A DNA stretch of 64,000 nt from Carcharhinus longimanus (lineage: Eukaryota): contig JASCQW010000099.1 in NCBI GenBank assembly GCA_030264375.1, forward strand, positions 49,984,287 through 50,048,286. Direction: 5' to 3'. How positions within the stretch are numbered: the first letter of the stretch is position 1; each line of letters opens with the position of its first letter. The position numbers and the translations under genes were made by a program. Positions 24,185 through 35,910 of the stretch are shown piece by piece. The notes under the pieces were generated by a model. The model saw nothing but the letters and a program-made list of their open reading frames with translations. It ran no database searches and was not told the DNA's origin.

Positions 24185-26400
24185 ATCCTTCAAGCCTGCC
24201 CCGCCATTCGGTGTGATCACTGCTGATCTACGCCGGCATCAGTTCTTTTTCTGTGCCATTTCTCCGTAGCCCACTATTCCTCAATCTATCAGATATTTAT
24301 CTACTTCCACTTTGAATACTTCTAATAATCCAGCCTCCACCACCCTCTGGGATGTAGAATCCTAGTGATTCACCACCCTCTGTGAGGAGAAATTTCTATG
24401 CACCTCAGTTTTAAATGACCAGCCCTCTTTTTGTAGCTATGTCCCCTCGTTTGAAGTTCTGCCGCTAGTGAAAACATCTCATTGTCTGCCCTATCAAACC
24501 CTCTCAGGACTTTGTTTGATTAAAGTCAGTCGTCAGTTTTCTAAACTCCAAGGAATACAGACTCAGATTATTTAGCCTCTCTTCATTGACAAACCCCTCA
24601 TCCCAGTAATTAGCCTGGTGAATCTCCTTTGGACTGTCTCCAGTGTTATTATTATCCTTTTCAGGTAAGGAGACCAAAATGTCCATTCTGTATTCCACTA
24701 AAGGCCTCACCAACACCCTGTACAATTACAAACAAACCTCCCTATTTTTAAGCTCCCAACTCCTTTGCAATAAAAGCTAAAATGCTGTTTGCTGTCTTAA
24801 TTACTTGTTGGACCTTTTTGTGATTCATGCACCTAGATCCCTCTGTACTTCACTCACCTAAATTATCAATTTAGATAATGTGCCTTTTAATTCCTCCTAC
24901 CAAAGATACGACCTCACACATCTCCACATTAAACTCCATTTACCAGGCTTGTGCCCAGTCACCTTATCTATCTATTTCCCACTGCAGAATCACAGTATCC
25001 TCATCACAATATCTTTATTATTAAGATCGGCCCTTATGCCTGTCTTCATATCATTGTCAAATTTGGAAACCTTACATTCTGTTTCTTTCTAAATAGNNNN
25101 NNNNNNATAGTGAACAATTGCGGGCCAAGAACTGATCCTTGTGATACTCAATTAGTTGCATCTTTCTACTCTGAAAAGGACCCATTTTGTGGCCAACAGT
25201 TTTTAATCCATGTTAATGCACTTCTTCCAATTCCATGGGCTTTTACTTTGTGCACCAGCCTCTTATGCAGCGCCTTGCAATGTCTTCCATGGTGAAGACT
25301 GATGCGAAAGATTTATTTAGCATATCCTCCATTTCTTTGTTTGCGGTTATCAATTCATCAGCTTTGTTCAGTAGAGATCCCACATTTACTTTAACCATCC
25401 ATTTCCTATTTATATATCCATAGAAACTCTTATTGTTTGATTTTATGCTACATGCAAGTTTTCTCTCAAAATTAATTTTCTTCCTTCTTGTGAGTTTTTT
25501 AGTCATTTGCTGTTAGATCCTAAGAACTTCCTCGTTCTCTGGTCTACCATTACTCCTTGCCACTTTGTATATCCTGCTTTTCAATTTAACATTATCCTTG
25601 ATCTCCTTTGTTAACCATGGATTTTGCCTCTTTCTCGTGGAATCCAGCTTGTTGATTGGAATAAACTCCTGCTGAGCACTTTGGACCGGCTGTTTGAATA
25701 TCTGCTTATTTACTGACCTGTATCTTACTTTATATACCCAATTCACCTTAGAACTCCTCCTCCGTACCATTATAATTGCCCTTATTCTAGTTGAAGACAC
25801 TGGTTATGGGCCTATGTCGTTTACCCTTAAACAGTATTTGGAATTCTATCATATTGTGGTCACTACCATCTAGGGGATCCTTAACCACAAAATTCCTTTT
25901 TAATCCTTTTTCACTCAAAAGCAAATCTAAAATAACTTGTCCCAGGTCAGTTCCACAATGTACTGCTTTAAAAAGCAATGTCTGATGCCCTCCACAAATT
26001 CTTCTACACTCTTCTCCTTCTACCCTTGCTGGTTTGGTTTACCCAATCAATATGCAGATTAAAATCTCCCATGATAATTGCAGTTTCCTTCAAATATGTC
26101 CTTGATATTTCCCCATTTTCACTCTGGCGCCTTCAGAAGTCACATTTTATGGATGTATGTAGTATTTCCAACCTTGACTTCCTTCCCCTGCTATTCATGA
26201 TTTTAACCCAAAACTGATTCCACTTCTCTATCCAATGCCTTTATATCACAACTCAGCACTGCTCTGAAACCTTCCTTGACTAACAATGCTACCACACTTC
26301 CTTTTCCCTTTGGCCTAGTCTTTTGTAATGTGGAATGTTGAGCACCCAGCCCTAGTCACCCTGCAACCACATTTCTGTAATAGCTAATACATCATACTCA
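24185..26400 (-). mobile_element. CR1 LINE ORF2 (endonuclease to 3' UTR) with internal RT deletion
   Basis: IIMGDFNL (about 26060), DPLDGSDHNMIEF, NPWLTKEIK, NNKSFYGYI, LNKSFASVFT, YRVLVRPLVEY; FASVFT joins directly to a VPHKRL-like region near 25280. Confidence 0.9.
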
Positions 26401-26402
26401 TA

Positions 26403-26632
26403 TAGAGTCATAGAGGTTTACAGCATGGAAACAGGCCCTTCGGCCCAACTTGTCCATGCTTCCCCCTTTTTTGTAAAACCCCTAAGTTAATCCCAATTGC
26501 TTGCATTTGGCCCATATCCCTCTATACCCATCGTACCCATGTAAATATCTAAATGCTTTTTACAAGATAAAATTTTACCTGCCTCTACTAGTATCTCTGG
26601 CAGCTTGTTCCAGACACTCACCATCCTCTGTG
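26403..26632 (-). mobile_element. Younger CR1 3' end running into gap 26633-27010
   Basis: QRMVSVWNKLP...GIEGYGPNA and tail GGGCCGAAGGGCCTGTTTCCATGCTGTA on the minus strand. Confidence 0.85.
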
Positions 26633-28637
26633 NNNNNNNNNNNNNNNNNNNNNNNNNNNNNNNNNNNNNNNNNNNNNNNNNNNNNNNNNNNNNNNNNNNN
26701 NNNNNNNNNNNNNNNNNNNNNNNNNNNNNNNNNNNNNNNNNNNNNNNNNNNNNNNNNNNNNNNNNNNNNNNNNNNNNNNNNNNNNNNNNNNNNNNNNNNN
26801 NNNNNNNNNNNNNNNNNNNNNNNNNNNNNNNNNNNNNNNNNNNNNNNNNNNNNNNNNNNNNNNNNNNNNNNNNNNNNNNNNNNNNNNNNNNNNNNNNNNN
26901 NNNNNNNNNNNNNNNNNNNNNNNNNNNNNNNNNNNNNNNNNNNNNNNNNNNNNNNNNNNNNNNNNNNNNNNNNNNNNNNNNNNNNNNNNNNNNNNNNNNN
27001 NNNNNNNNNNCCAGTTCTGGGTGCCACAATTGGATTCATTGGTGAAGAATAATGCAGATCTGTGCTCATTTCTCAAGGAACTGTCACAATGTATACATCT
27101 TGTGCATATCATGGCTGCCAGAGCCTTTTGAAGTCCGGATTGATGGATGGATCTTCTATGATGAATTCTAGCCCCTGCATACATGGCTGATGATGCTAGC
27201 ATGGCAGTCCTAGAATGAGGCAATCAAACTTCATGATATGTACCCTAGAGGGTGTCATCAGTAGTAATGGCCGCCTGTACATTTCATGATTGATGCTGCA
27301 ACATGAACAGATGTTGCCAGGAAAAGAGCTTGAGAAAGACCAACCCTTCTTAGATGATGAGGATTTCTTGGAGCATGAGGCAGAGCTCACAGATTCAAAT
27401 CCTTTCTTGGATGGCAGGATTGAAGAGATTTTAAAGGCATGTCAGTAACAATCTGATCTACACACGGTTTGCATGAAAGTGACGCTTCGCATGACAACTG
27501 CCTCTTTGTCTGACCTTCATTGCTTTCCTGGGGTCCAGACCTTGCCCTGCCTTCCTCCCTTGCTGCGTAACTCATGTCCTCTGCCACCCTGTCCAGGCTG
27601 GTGAGTAGGAGCTTTGTTCTTACACACTAACCAGTGAGTTGTGGTACCAAGGACATCTCGTGGGTGCATGGACATCCATGAAACAGTTTGCCTTGCCCAA
27701 TTATTCTGTTCCAGCAACTTTGCTCAAGTGCTTTGAATACTCCTGTCTTGTTTATATACCCACCGAGAATTAAGTGGGTCAATATGCTTGGGGATGGGGG
27801 GACGTTTAGAGTTGTGTGAGTGGATGTGATGAGCTTGCTTTTCAGAACAATGGTTTGTTTATGACACAAGCACAGTACAGCATCATTTACAGTAAATTAA
27901 ATGCCATATAGGCACAGTATTTTAATCCTGCTCATCCTTGAAATCATCAAGCTTTTAGTCAAATCACTGAATACGTTCTGTTGAGGTGGGTTAGGCTACA
28001 TTTATGACTTGCTAACTTGTTACCTAATTCTTTGTTAGTGTTGTATAATATTTGTATATCAGTCCCAGTCTGGTGTCATTGATATCTACATGATGTCACA
28101 TTCGAGATTTTTGCCATAGATAATCATGTTTTTTCGGGAATTACATCAATTCTGCAGTCCGATAGGATAAATATTTGTGTTAGCGAGAATACAGTCAGTA
28201 TTCCTCCATGTCCTGCCCCCATTGTTGAAGAGACTAATTGCAACGTGGCAAGTTTCCATTGTAAATATTGACCGAGGAATTCATTATGGGGAAAATTGAC
28301 AAGAGGTGTTCACAAATGCGAGCTTTAAAAATATTTTACACAGAAATTACAATATCGAAACAGGCCATTTGACTTATATTCAGCATCCAACCTGAAAAAA
28401 TAACTAATAATTTAAAGGACGGATGAAAGTAATCTTCAAGTAAGTCAACAGCCCCAGCTTGTCTTTATACAGCATCTTTAATGTAATATGATATCCCAAG
28501 GTGCTGGGACATCATAGAACAAAATATAACCAAGTCATATCAGGAGATATTGGTGGGTTGGTGTTAAGATGTGTGTGAAGAAAGAGAGAAGTGAAATAGA
28601 GAGATGATGAGTTTTAGGGCCTTACACAGCTGAAGGC

Positions 28638-28760
28638 TTTTTGATTTAATTTATTGTTGTCACATGAATTAGTATGCAATGAAAGGTATTGTTTCTTGCA
28701 CACTATACAGATAAAGCATATACCATTCATAGAGAAGGAAAGGAGAGAGTGCAGAATGTT
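28638..28760 (-). mobile_element. Rex1-type 3' end nested in L2
   Basis: Close match to 11868-11980 (TTTATT..TGTCACATG...TTGTTTCTTGCAC.CTATACAGA..AAGCATA...TTCATAGAGAAGGAAA). Confidence 0.8.
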
Positions 28761-29071
28761 AGACACGGCCACCAATGGTAAGCAATAAAAATTGGGGATG
28801 CTCAAGCCAACGTTAGAGTGTAGGTATCTCCGGATTGTTGGGCTAGAGGTGTTTACAGAGATGGGGAGGGTAAGGCCATGGAGGGATTTGAAAATGGGGA
28901 TCAGAATTTTCAAGGTATGATTTTAGTTAACCAGCAGTGATTGCAAGGTTGATGGTTGGATGGGATTTGATGAGAGTTCACTGGACTCCAGCTTACAGAG
29001 GGTAGAATGTGGGGTGTGAGAGAAATGCATTAGGATATTTGAGTCCAGAGGTAATAAAGACATGGATGAAT

Positions 29072-29340
29072 TAATGATCTGGATGAGGGTATAGTTGGGT
29101 GGATTAGTAAGTTTGCTGATGACACCAAAGTCGGAGGTGTGGTAGANNNNNNNNNNNNNNNNNNNNNNNNNNNNNNNNNNNNNNNNNNNNNNNNNNNNNN
29201 NNNNNNNNNNNNNNNNNNNNNNNNNNNNNNNNNNNNNNNNNNNNNNGATTAGTGGGTCAGTGTTTTTTTTTAAAAAACTGGTCGGCGCAACATCGTGGGC
29301 CGAAGGGCCTGTTCTGCGCTGTGATGTTCTATGTTCTATG
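29072..29340 (+). mobile_element. Young CR1 insertion nested in L2 (mostly lost in a 100-N gap)
   Basis: WISKFADDTKVGGVV before the gap; GGGCCGAAGGGCCTGTTCTGCGCTG and (GTTCTAT)n after it; possible TSD ATGAAT at 29066-29071 and 29338-29343. Confidence 0.85.
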
Positions 29341-29361
29341 AATGTTTTAGCAGCAGATGGG

Positions 29362-29921
29362 CTGATGATAACCAGTTCTCCCTCACCATCGCCTTTCTCA
29401 ACCCCTCCACTGTTGCTAAATTGTGAGATTACTGTCTAATATCCACTACTGAATGAGCAGAAATTTTCTAGAAATTAAATATTGGGAAGACTGAAACCAT
29501 TATCTTTGATCCCCATGACAAACTGCATTCCCTAGCTATTGACTTGACCTCTCTCCCTACCAACTGTTAGAGGCTGAAGCAGATTTTTCACATGCTTGCT
29601 GCCATATTTGTTAAGGAGGGAGAAATAGGTGATCTTAGTAATGGTGTGGACATGTGTTTGGAATCTTGGGGTCAAATATGGCAGCAAGCTTGTGAAAAAT
29701 CTGCTTCAACCTCTGACAGTTGGTAGGGAGAGAGGTCGAGTCAATGGCTAGGGAATGCAGTTTGTCATGGGGATCAAAGATAATGGTTTTAGTCTTCCCA
29801 ATATTTAATTTCTAGAAAATTTCGGCTCATTCAATTGTGGATATTAGACAGTAATCTCACAATTTAGCAACAGCGGAGGGGTTGGGAAAAGTGATGGTGA
29901 GGGAGAACCGGTTGTCGTCAG
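29362..29921. repeat. Long inverted repeat: 249-bp arms, 62-bp spacer
   Basis: 29362-29610 equals the reverse complement of 29673-29921 with about 16 substitutions and no indels by hand alignment. Confidence 0.95.
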
Positions 29922-31099
29922 TTTAAATGTGGAACCTAATGCATTTTTAGATTAAGTAGCTGAGGGATTACATGTAGATGAGCAAAAGGCAGCCGAGGAT
30001 AGACCTATTGGGCGATTCCAGAGGCGACTACAAGAGCGTGAAGAGAAACCGTTGTAAGTGATTCTCTCCCTAGGATAGCAATGCAACCAGATGAGAATAG
30101 TCTAACCCAGCTGGACAACAATGGGGAGACATTTAAGGAAGATAGTGTGATCAGCTGTGTCAAGTGCTTAAGACAGATTGAGAAGGACAAAGAGGGGGGG
30201 GATAGTTCCCATTTGTCACAGTTACTTGGGGGTCATTTGTAACTTTGACGAGAGCTGTTTGGACACTGTGGTGGGATGAAAATGTGGTTCGAGAGATTCA
30301 AACACTGATTTGTGAGAATGACGTGCTAACTGGGGAGGCGACAATACGTTCAAGGATTTTGGAGGAAGCAAGATGGCATGGTGATTTGCAAGTACAGAGG
30401 ACTCAAGAGTGGCTTTTTTTTTTGGATAGTTGGCTGATAGCAGCTGATTTGAGGGGGTGAGGGCTGCCTGTGGAGAGAGAGGGAGAACCATTCCGATCTG
30501 CTAATATTGAAGCCAGGAAGGGAAGTTAAGTGGTCAGCAGTTTCTTCAATAGTGTCGCATGCACAAAATGAACTTTGGATATGAGGGAAGATGGGAGGGA
30601 TAATAGAGAAAGATTGGAGTTCAGGGCTAGGGTTGGGGATTGGGGTGGGGGGGATAGTTATTTGGATGAAGTTTGGCCATATGGACTAGGAGAAGCCAAG
30701 GGTGTGTCACAGACAGTGGATAAGATGGCCTCATTCTTTTAAATAAGTCATGAATTCCTTGCACTTGTTGTTGGAGAAGATGGAAGAGCAGTTTAAGGTA
30801 GCTTTCTGTAGAGAAAATAAGTCAGACATTTATATATTCCAGAATGATCCTAGAATACTGAATAAGTTTAGCAGGGGGGAGTTGGACTCACAAGTGCTTT
30901 ATGTAGTCCACCCAGATTTGGTGGTGAATGACTACAGCTCAGTTTTAGTTATGCCTGGTGTTGCTCCTGGCAAATCCTTCCTGCACTCTTCCTTCAAACA
31001 GGGTTGATCCCCTGGCTTGAGAGTAATGTTAAGTGGGATGCCTGGATTTGTGTTGGTAGATCTGTTTTATCTAGTTTAGCGTGGTGGTGGTGCTACACA

Positions 31100-31560
31100 A
31101 CACAGAATCACAGAGAATTATTACTGAGCAGAAGCAGGCCATTTGGCCCATCAAACCAGCTCTCCAAAACAGCAGTTCACCAAGTGCTGTTCTCCTGCCT
31201 TTTCCTGTAACCATGCACATTCTTTTTCTTCAAATATCAGTTCAATTTCATTTTGAATGCCTCAAGTGAGCTTGTCTCCACTGTGCTCAGTGAGTGATTA
31301 AAGGTCTGAAATGTACTGACTGTGTGAAAAAGTTTTGCCTCCTGTTGCTTTTGCTTCTTCTGCAAATTACTTGAAAATCTGTGCCCCCACGCTCTTGATC
31401 CTTTGATGAATGAGAACGGTTTCTTCCTAGCTACTCTGTCCAGACCTCTTATAATTTTGAACGTCTCTATCAGATCTCATCTTGGCTTCATCTTCTTTGA
31501 GGAAAACAATTCTAACTTCTCTAGTTGATCGTCATAACTGAAGTTCCTCATCCCTGGAGC
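31100..31560 (-). mobile_element. CR1 LINE 3' fragment, old
   Basis: CAGAAGCAGGCCATTTGGCCCATC tail and downstream CR1 ORF2 antisense text. Confidence 0.75.
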
Positions 31561-31814
31561 CATTCTGGTCATCAACAGGATGGAGGGTATTCTCAATATG
31601 GAAGATTTGAGAATGAACACAGGGCCGGATTAATAGGATGCAGATGTCCTAGTGGTGACTGGGGAATTGAGGGGAGACAATGGGGAGAATCTAGAGTTAA
31701 AATCATAAGGCCTGCAGTGAGATAAAATAGACAGAGGTAGATGGAGTCAGTGGGAAGCACCAATGAACTGCTGTCTAAGTTTGGATACAGAAGACAGCAA
31801 TTAGAGTGGATTGA

Positions 31815-32200
31815 CATCCCACTGCAGGACATGAGGCTAGAAATTGATTGACCATCTAGGACTGAGGGAGTGCTGCACTCACAGTGCTGTTGTGTTTTAG
31901 ATGGGCTGTAAAATCGAGACTCCATCTGCCTCCTCAAGTGTATGCGTAAGATCTCTCAGCACTATTTTGAAGAAGAGCAGTGGAGTGATCCCTGTTTTGT
32001 TTTGATCAATATCTATCCCTCAATCAACATCACAATATCAGATTGTCTGGTTGCCATTTGTGGGATCTTGCTGTGTGCAACTTTTCTGCCATGTTTCCTA
32101 CAGGACAACAGTGACCACACATTCAAAAAAAATACTCTATTGGCTGCAAAGCGATTTGAGATATCCTATGATAAAGAAAGCTGCTATGTAAATGCAAGTT
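31815..32200 (+). mobile_element. DeuSINE (SacSINE1-like) with L2-type tail
   Basis: ACTGAGGGAGTGCTGCACT, CACTATTTTGAAGAAGAGCAG, TTTGTGGGATCTTGCTGTGTGCA, tail GCTATGTAAATGCAAGT. Confidence 0.75.
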
Positions 32201-33353
32201 TCCCCATCTTATTTTTGTTAATTTCTGTGTTCACATAGAAACCCTATGATGCAGAAGAAGAGAAGAAGGCCATTTGGCCCATAGAGTTTGTACCGACACT
32301 CCAAAACAGGATCCTATCCTGCCACCACCANNNNNNNNNNNNNNNNNNNNNNNNNNNNNNNNNNNNNNNNNNNNNNNNNNNNNNNNNNNNNNNNNNNNNN
32401 NNNNNNNNNNNNNNNNNNNNNNNNNNNNNNNNNNNNNNNNNNNNNNNNNNNNNNNNNNNNNNNNNNNNNNNNNNNNNNNNNNNNNNNNNNNNNNNNNNNN
32501 NNNNNNNNNNNNNNNNNNNNNNNNNNNNNNNNNNNNNNNNNNNNNNNNNNNNNNNNNNNNNNNNNNNNNNNNNNNNNNNNNNNNNNNNNNNNNNNNNNNN
32601 NNNNNNNNNNNNNNNNNNNNNNNNNNNNNNNNNNNNNNNNNNNNNNNNNNNNNNNNNNNNNNNATGACAAACAGTGCAAGTTTACATAAATGTGCGCTGA
32701 TGAAAGATCTCTCTCTCTCTGACCCTCACGTGCTTGCCTTTGCGGTAGATTTACTGTTATCAGACAATAATTTACAGTCACCAGGACAGTTCTTTTGTGC
32801 TACCTACTGTAAATTGATCTGTGCATAAATTTGCAGTCATTTAATGTGTACCCTATCACGCAGAATGTATTGACTTTGTTTCAAAAACTGCTCGGCAGAG
32901 GTATTAGGCAGGAAAGAATGAATTGTGTCTATTGCCTTTTAGTAACTGCACATGAGAGAATGGTTTGAAATATTGAGTCGCAGGAGAAACAGTTGACATC
33001 TATACCAGTTGAGAACATAATTGAAAAGAGGCAGTGTAGCATAAAGAAAGTTCTACTCCAATGATTGACAGATGAAATCTTTGTATTTTGCATTAATAAA
33101 CCTAAATACTGTAGCCAATATGTGGTGATGTGGCCAAAAAGTATATTGTTTTCACAGATGGTAATTACTTGTGCCATTTGTGACATTAGCTTCAATTTGA
33201 AAACTGACTACCATATAATCCAGTGTATAAGCCACTCCAGTAATTTGCAGTTGCTGTATTAATTTTAAAAATCTCCCAGTCGTAGTGGTGGACAAGCTGC
33301 AACTCTCACTGTGTATTTAAGTGTCTTTAACCCGTCGTCTTTTACGTTTCTAG

Positions 33354-33478
33354 GCGAACCAAGTCCAACTCGCCGCGAAGCGGTGAAGAGGAAGACCGCG
33401 GAGTACCTGATGCGTGCGGAGCAGATCTCCACTCAGTATCTCAGGACGTCTGTGGAAAATGGTTCCGTTCATTCAACG
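33354..33478 (+). CDS. RPS6KC1: RPS6KC1 exon: C-terminal part of MIT domain
   Basis: TTTCTAG|GC...ACG|GTATGT; (G)EPSPTRREAVKRKTAEYLMRAEQISTQYLRTSVENGSVHST. Confidence 0.95.
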
Positions 33479-33534
33479 GTATGTATGTCCGCACTTTCAT
33501 TGTGTTTAGGAACAGCGTCAAAATACACAGGGGG

Positions 33535-33750
33535 CAGGGGGGTGATTTTCCGGCTTTTCTTGCCGGTGGGATCTTCTAGTCCCACCGATGGTGACCCTCC
33601 GCCCAGCTCCCCCCCCCCGCTGCTGGTTTCCCTGCAGCATAGGTTGCAGTCCGTGGAAAATCCCATTCACGGCACCTGGATTAGAAGGTCCCACCATCGG
33701 CCAATAGCTCCCATCGTGGGTAAGCCAGAGAATCCAATCCACGGACTTTA
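33535..33750. mobile_element. Harbinger-type MITE remnant just after the exon
   Basis: GGGGGTGATTTTCCGG start; internal GGGATCTT and GAGAATCC motifs shared with other MITEs. Confidence 0.5.
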
Positions 33751-34749
33751 AAAATTCATCTTATGTATGAAAATCTATTGCCACTTCTGGTCAAGGTAAT
33801 TTTCTTTCTGCAGGAACGTGCCCAGTGATTTTTTTTTTGTGTATGCCTTAACGAGTACAGTTTGTGTCGATAAAACAAAGCTTTTAAGATGTAAATTGTT
33901 AACTATTGAAACAGACGCCTGCTACGTGATAGCTATTTTTCAAACTTTAATGTCTCCATGTTTTCAGTTCTTTTTGCTGAACCTTTCTCAGGTTATCAGC
34001 CTGCTCCATCCCATATTTATTGGCCGAGTGGCAGGCGGGCGACCTGTTTCTCTGCCTTTGCCAACAGTGTTCTGGAGCTTGCTGTTGGGAAGGTGCCTGG
34101 GTAATTTGCCCACTGAGGATAAGCGCCAAACAGCCATTTGCAGAATTTGCCATTTTATAATTAGTGATACTGTGTTGCCAGTTTCCCATTATTGTTTAGC
34201 ATTTTAAAAACCATTAAAAATATAATCCTAGAGTGGAATGTAGTGAAAGTCACAATAGACCAAACTGAACTGCAAGATAAAAGGAAATATTTTGTACAGT
34301 AAGCAGGAAATGTCTGTGTTTAGCGTTGTCATTATAGTATGTGGATGCATTATTTGATGTCCTATATTTTAAGTCTTGTCTTCAAGTGAGTGCTTCAGGT
34401 CTAAGCTTTGTATTTTAGAAATACCTTGTGAGAGCAGATTCTGAAATTTAATTTTGGTCTTCTTTGAGAGGATATTTATCAGGAAATATTTACCAGACCG
34501 AACAGTGTGCTCCTTATGGAATACACCTGATCCTCCAGTTTCATGTTAAAGGATAAACTGAGTTTCATTCCCAATTTTATCAGGAGATGGCGTCAAGGAT
34601 CATTTCATACAAGAAAACACATTTTCCCCACTTACTGCTCACAGCTGAGGGATTTTGATGCAATACAATATCTCGGGAAAACCTCCTTTCATGATAAACA
34701 TTGTACAATATTCTGAGAATTCAAATTGATACAAAGCAATACATTTCGG

Positions 34750-35190
34750 CTGGGTTTTTAAGATATAATTTTCTGAAGATTGCAGAGTGTGCAACAGGCT
34801 GATTGGCCCTCTTTCATTCTGCTCCCCATTAGGTCCCATCCCTTTAGGCTGCTGCCCATTGGGCAAGTGCCAGGGTGGCAGTGCCAAGGTACCAGACCTC
34901 CTTGTGGGACCTCAATGGCCTCCAGTTTCACCGGTGAGGTCAACAGGACTGTTACCCATTCGTGGCAAGCAGGTGTTTTCCTGCCGGAGAGAACCTCTCC
35001 CAGCGAGTCCATAAAGGCAAGTGAGCCCGCACAATTGACCCGCCAAGCTCAATAACCACATGCAAATTCAAATTTGAATATATTTAAATAAATTATTCAG
35101 CCTCTAGCCTACTTTTGGCGAGACCCATTGTGAGAGCCGAGAAATCAGGTGTGATCCATTGATAGGTGGGGCAAGCCAGTAAAATTCCAC
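34750..35190. mobile_element. Non-autonomous GC-rich DNA transposon remnant
   Basis: GGCA/TGCC-rich interior like 4880-5530; ends GTAAAATTCCACC. Confidence 0.45.
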
Positions 35191-35910
35191 CTTCCTGTGA
35201 GTCCCAGGATCTTACATAGGCAGTGCTGGTGAATGACGTCCAATTTATGTGACATCCTTTCTCTTCGCTTCCATGCCTCACTAGCGTCGATTGCAGTTTT
35301 TCTGAAATTCATTTTATGGGATGTCGGCACTGCTGGTTACCCATTCAGCATTTATTATCCAGCCCTAGTTCCCCTTGAGAAGGTGGTGGCGAGCTGCCTT
35401 CTTCAACCACTGCAGTTCCTGAGGTGTAGGTAAACTCACTGTTAGGGAGAGAGTTCCAGGAATTTGACTCAGCGACAGTGAAGGGACTGCAATATGTTGC
35501 CAGGCGTGAATGGTGAGTGACCTGGAGGAGAACCTCCAGGTGTTGGTGCTATAGACATGTAGAGCCATCGCTTCATGTGTTGATGATACTTGGTGGCCAC
35601 ATTGCGTGGAGCCGCTGACCAGCGCTGCTTTGCTGGTTCTAGTATGGTTGTTGATCTCAAAATCACCCTCCCTGGGGATGTTGCTTCCTCCGTAGGGGAA
35701 GTGGTCAACATCCTTGATGTCCTGCTGCCTGATGGTGCTGGGAGAGCCCTTTTTGCTGAACAGCCCTTACTACATTGGTTTTGGTGCAGCTGATGTGCAG
35801 ACTAACTTTTGTGCCACTACTGTCGAGACTAGTGGCCATGTCTTGTAGCACGCTCAATTCTTTGGCGATATTGTCTGTGAAAGCCAGGTTGTTGACAATG
35901 ATGGGCCTCC
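35190..35910 (-). mobile_element. RTE-type LINE fragments interrupted by a CR1-group 3' end (35305-35560)
   Basis: Minus-strand text LDVIHQHCLCKILG and NNLAFTDNIA...GTKVSLHISCTKTNV (FADD-region decay). Confidence 0.6.

Larger units (their letters stand above)
28455..30760 (-). mobile_element. L2 LINE (RT to 3' end) interrupted by Rex1 and CR1 insertions and an inverted duplication
   Basis: Minus-strand text: degenerate FHxYADD near 29915-29935, LNIGKT, LxxAFDT-like/DHT near 30150-30185, FKILI..FKSLHGL near 28880-28915. Confidence 0.8.

Noticed and set aside
33479-33751. Proline-rich extension of ORF 33311-33751
   Set aside because: It lies past a canonical donor and reads through a MITE
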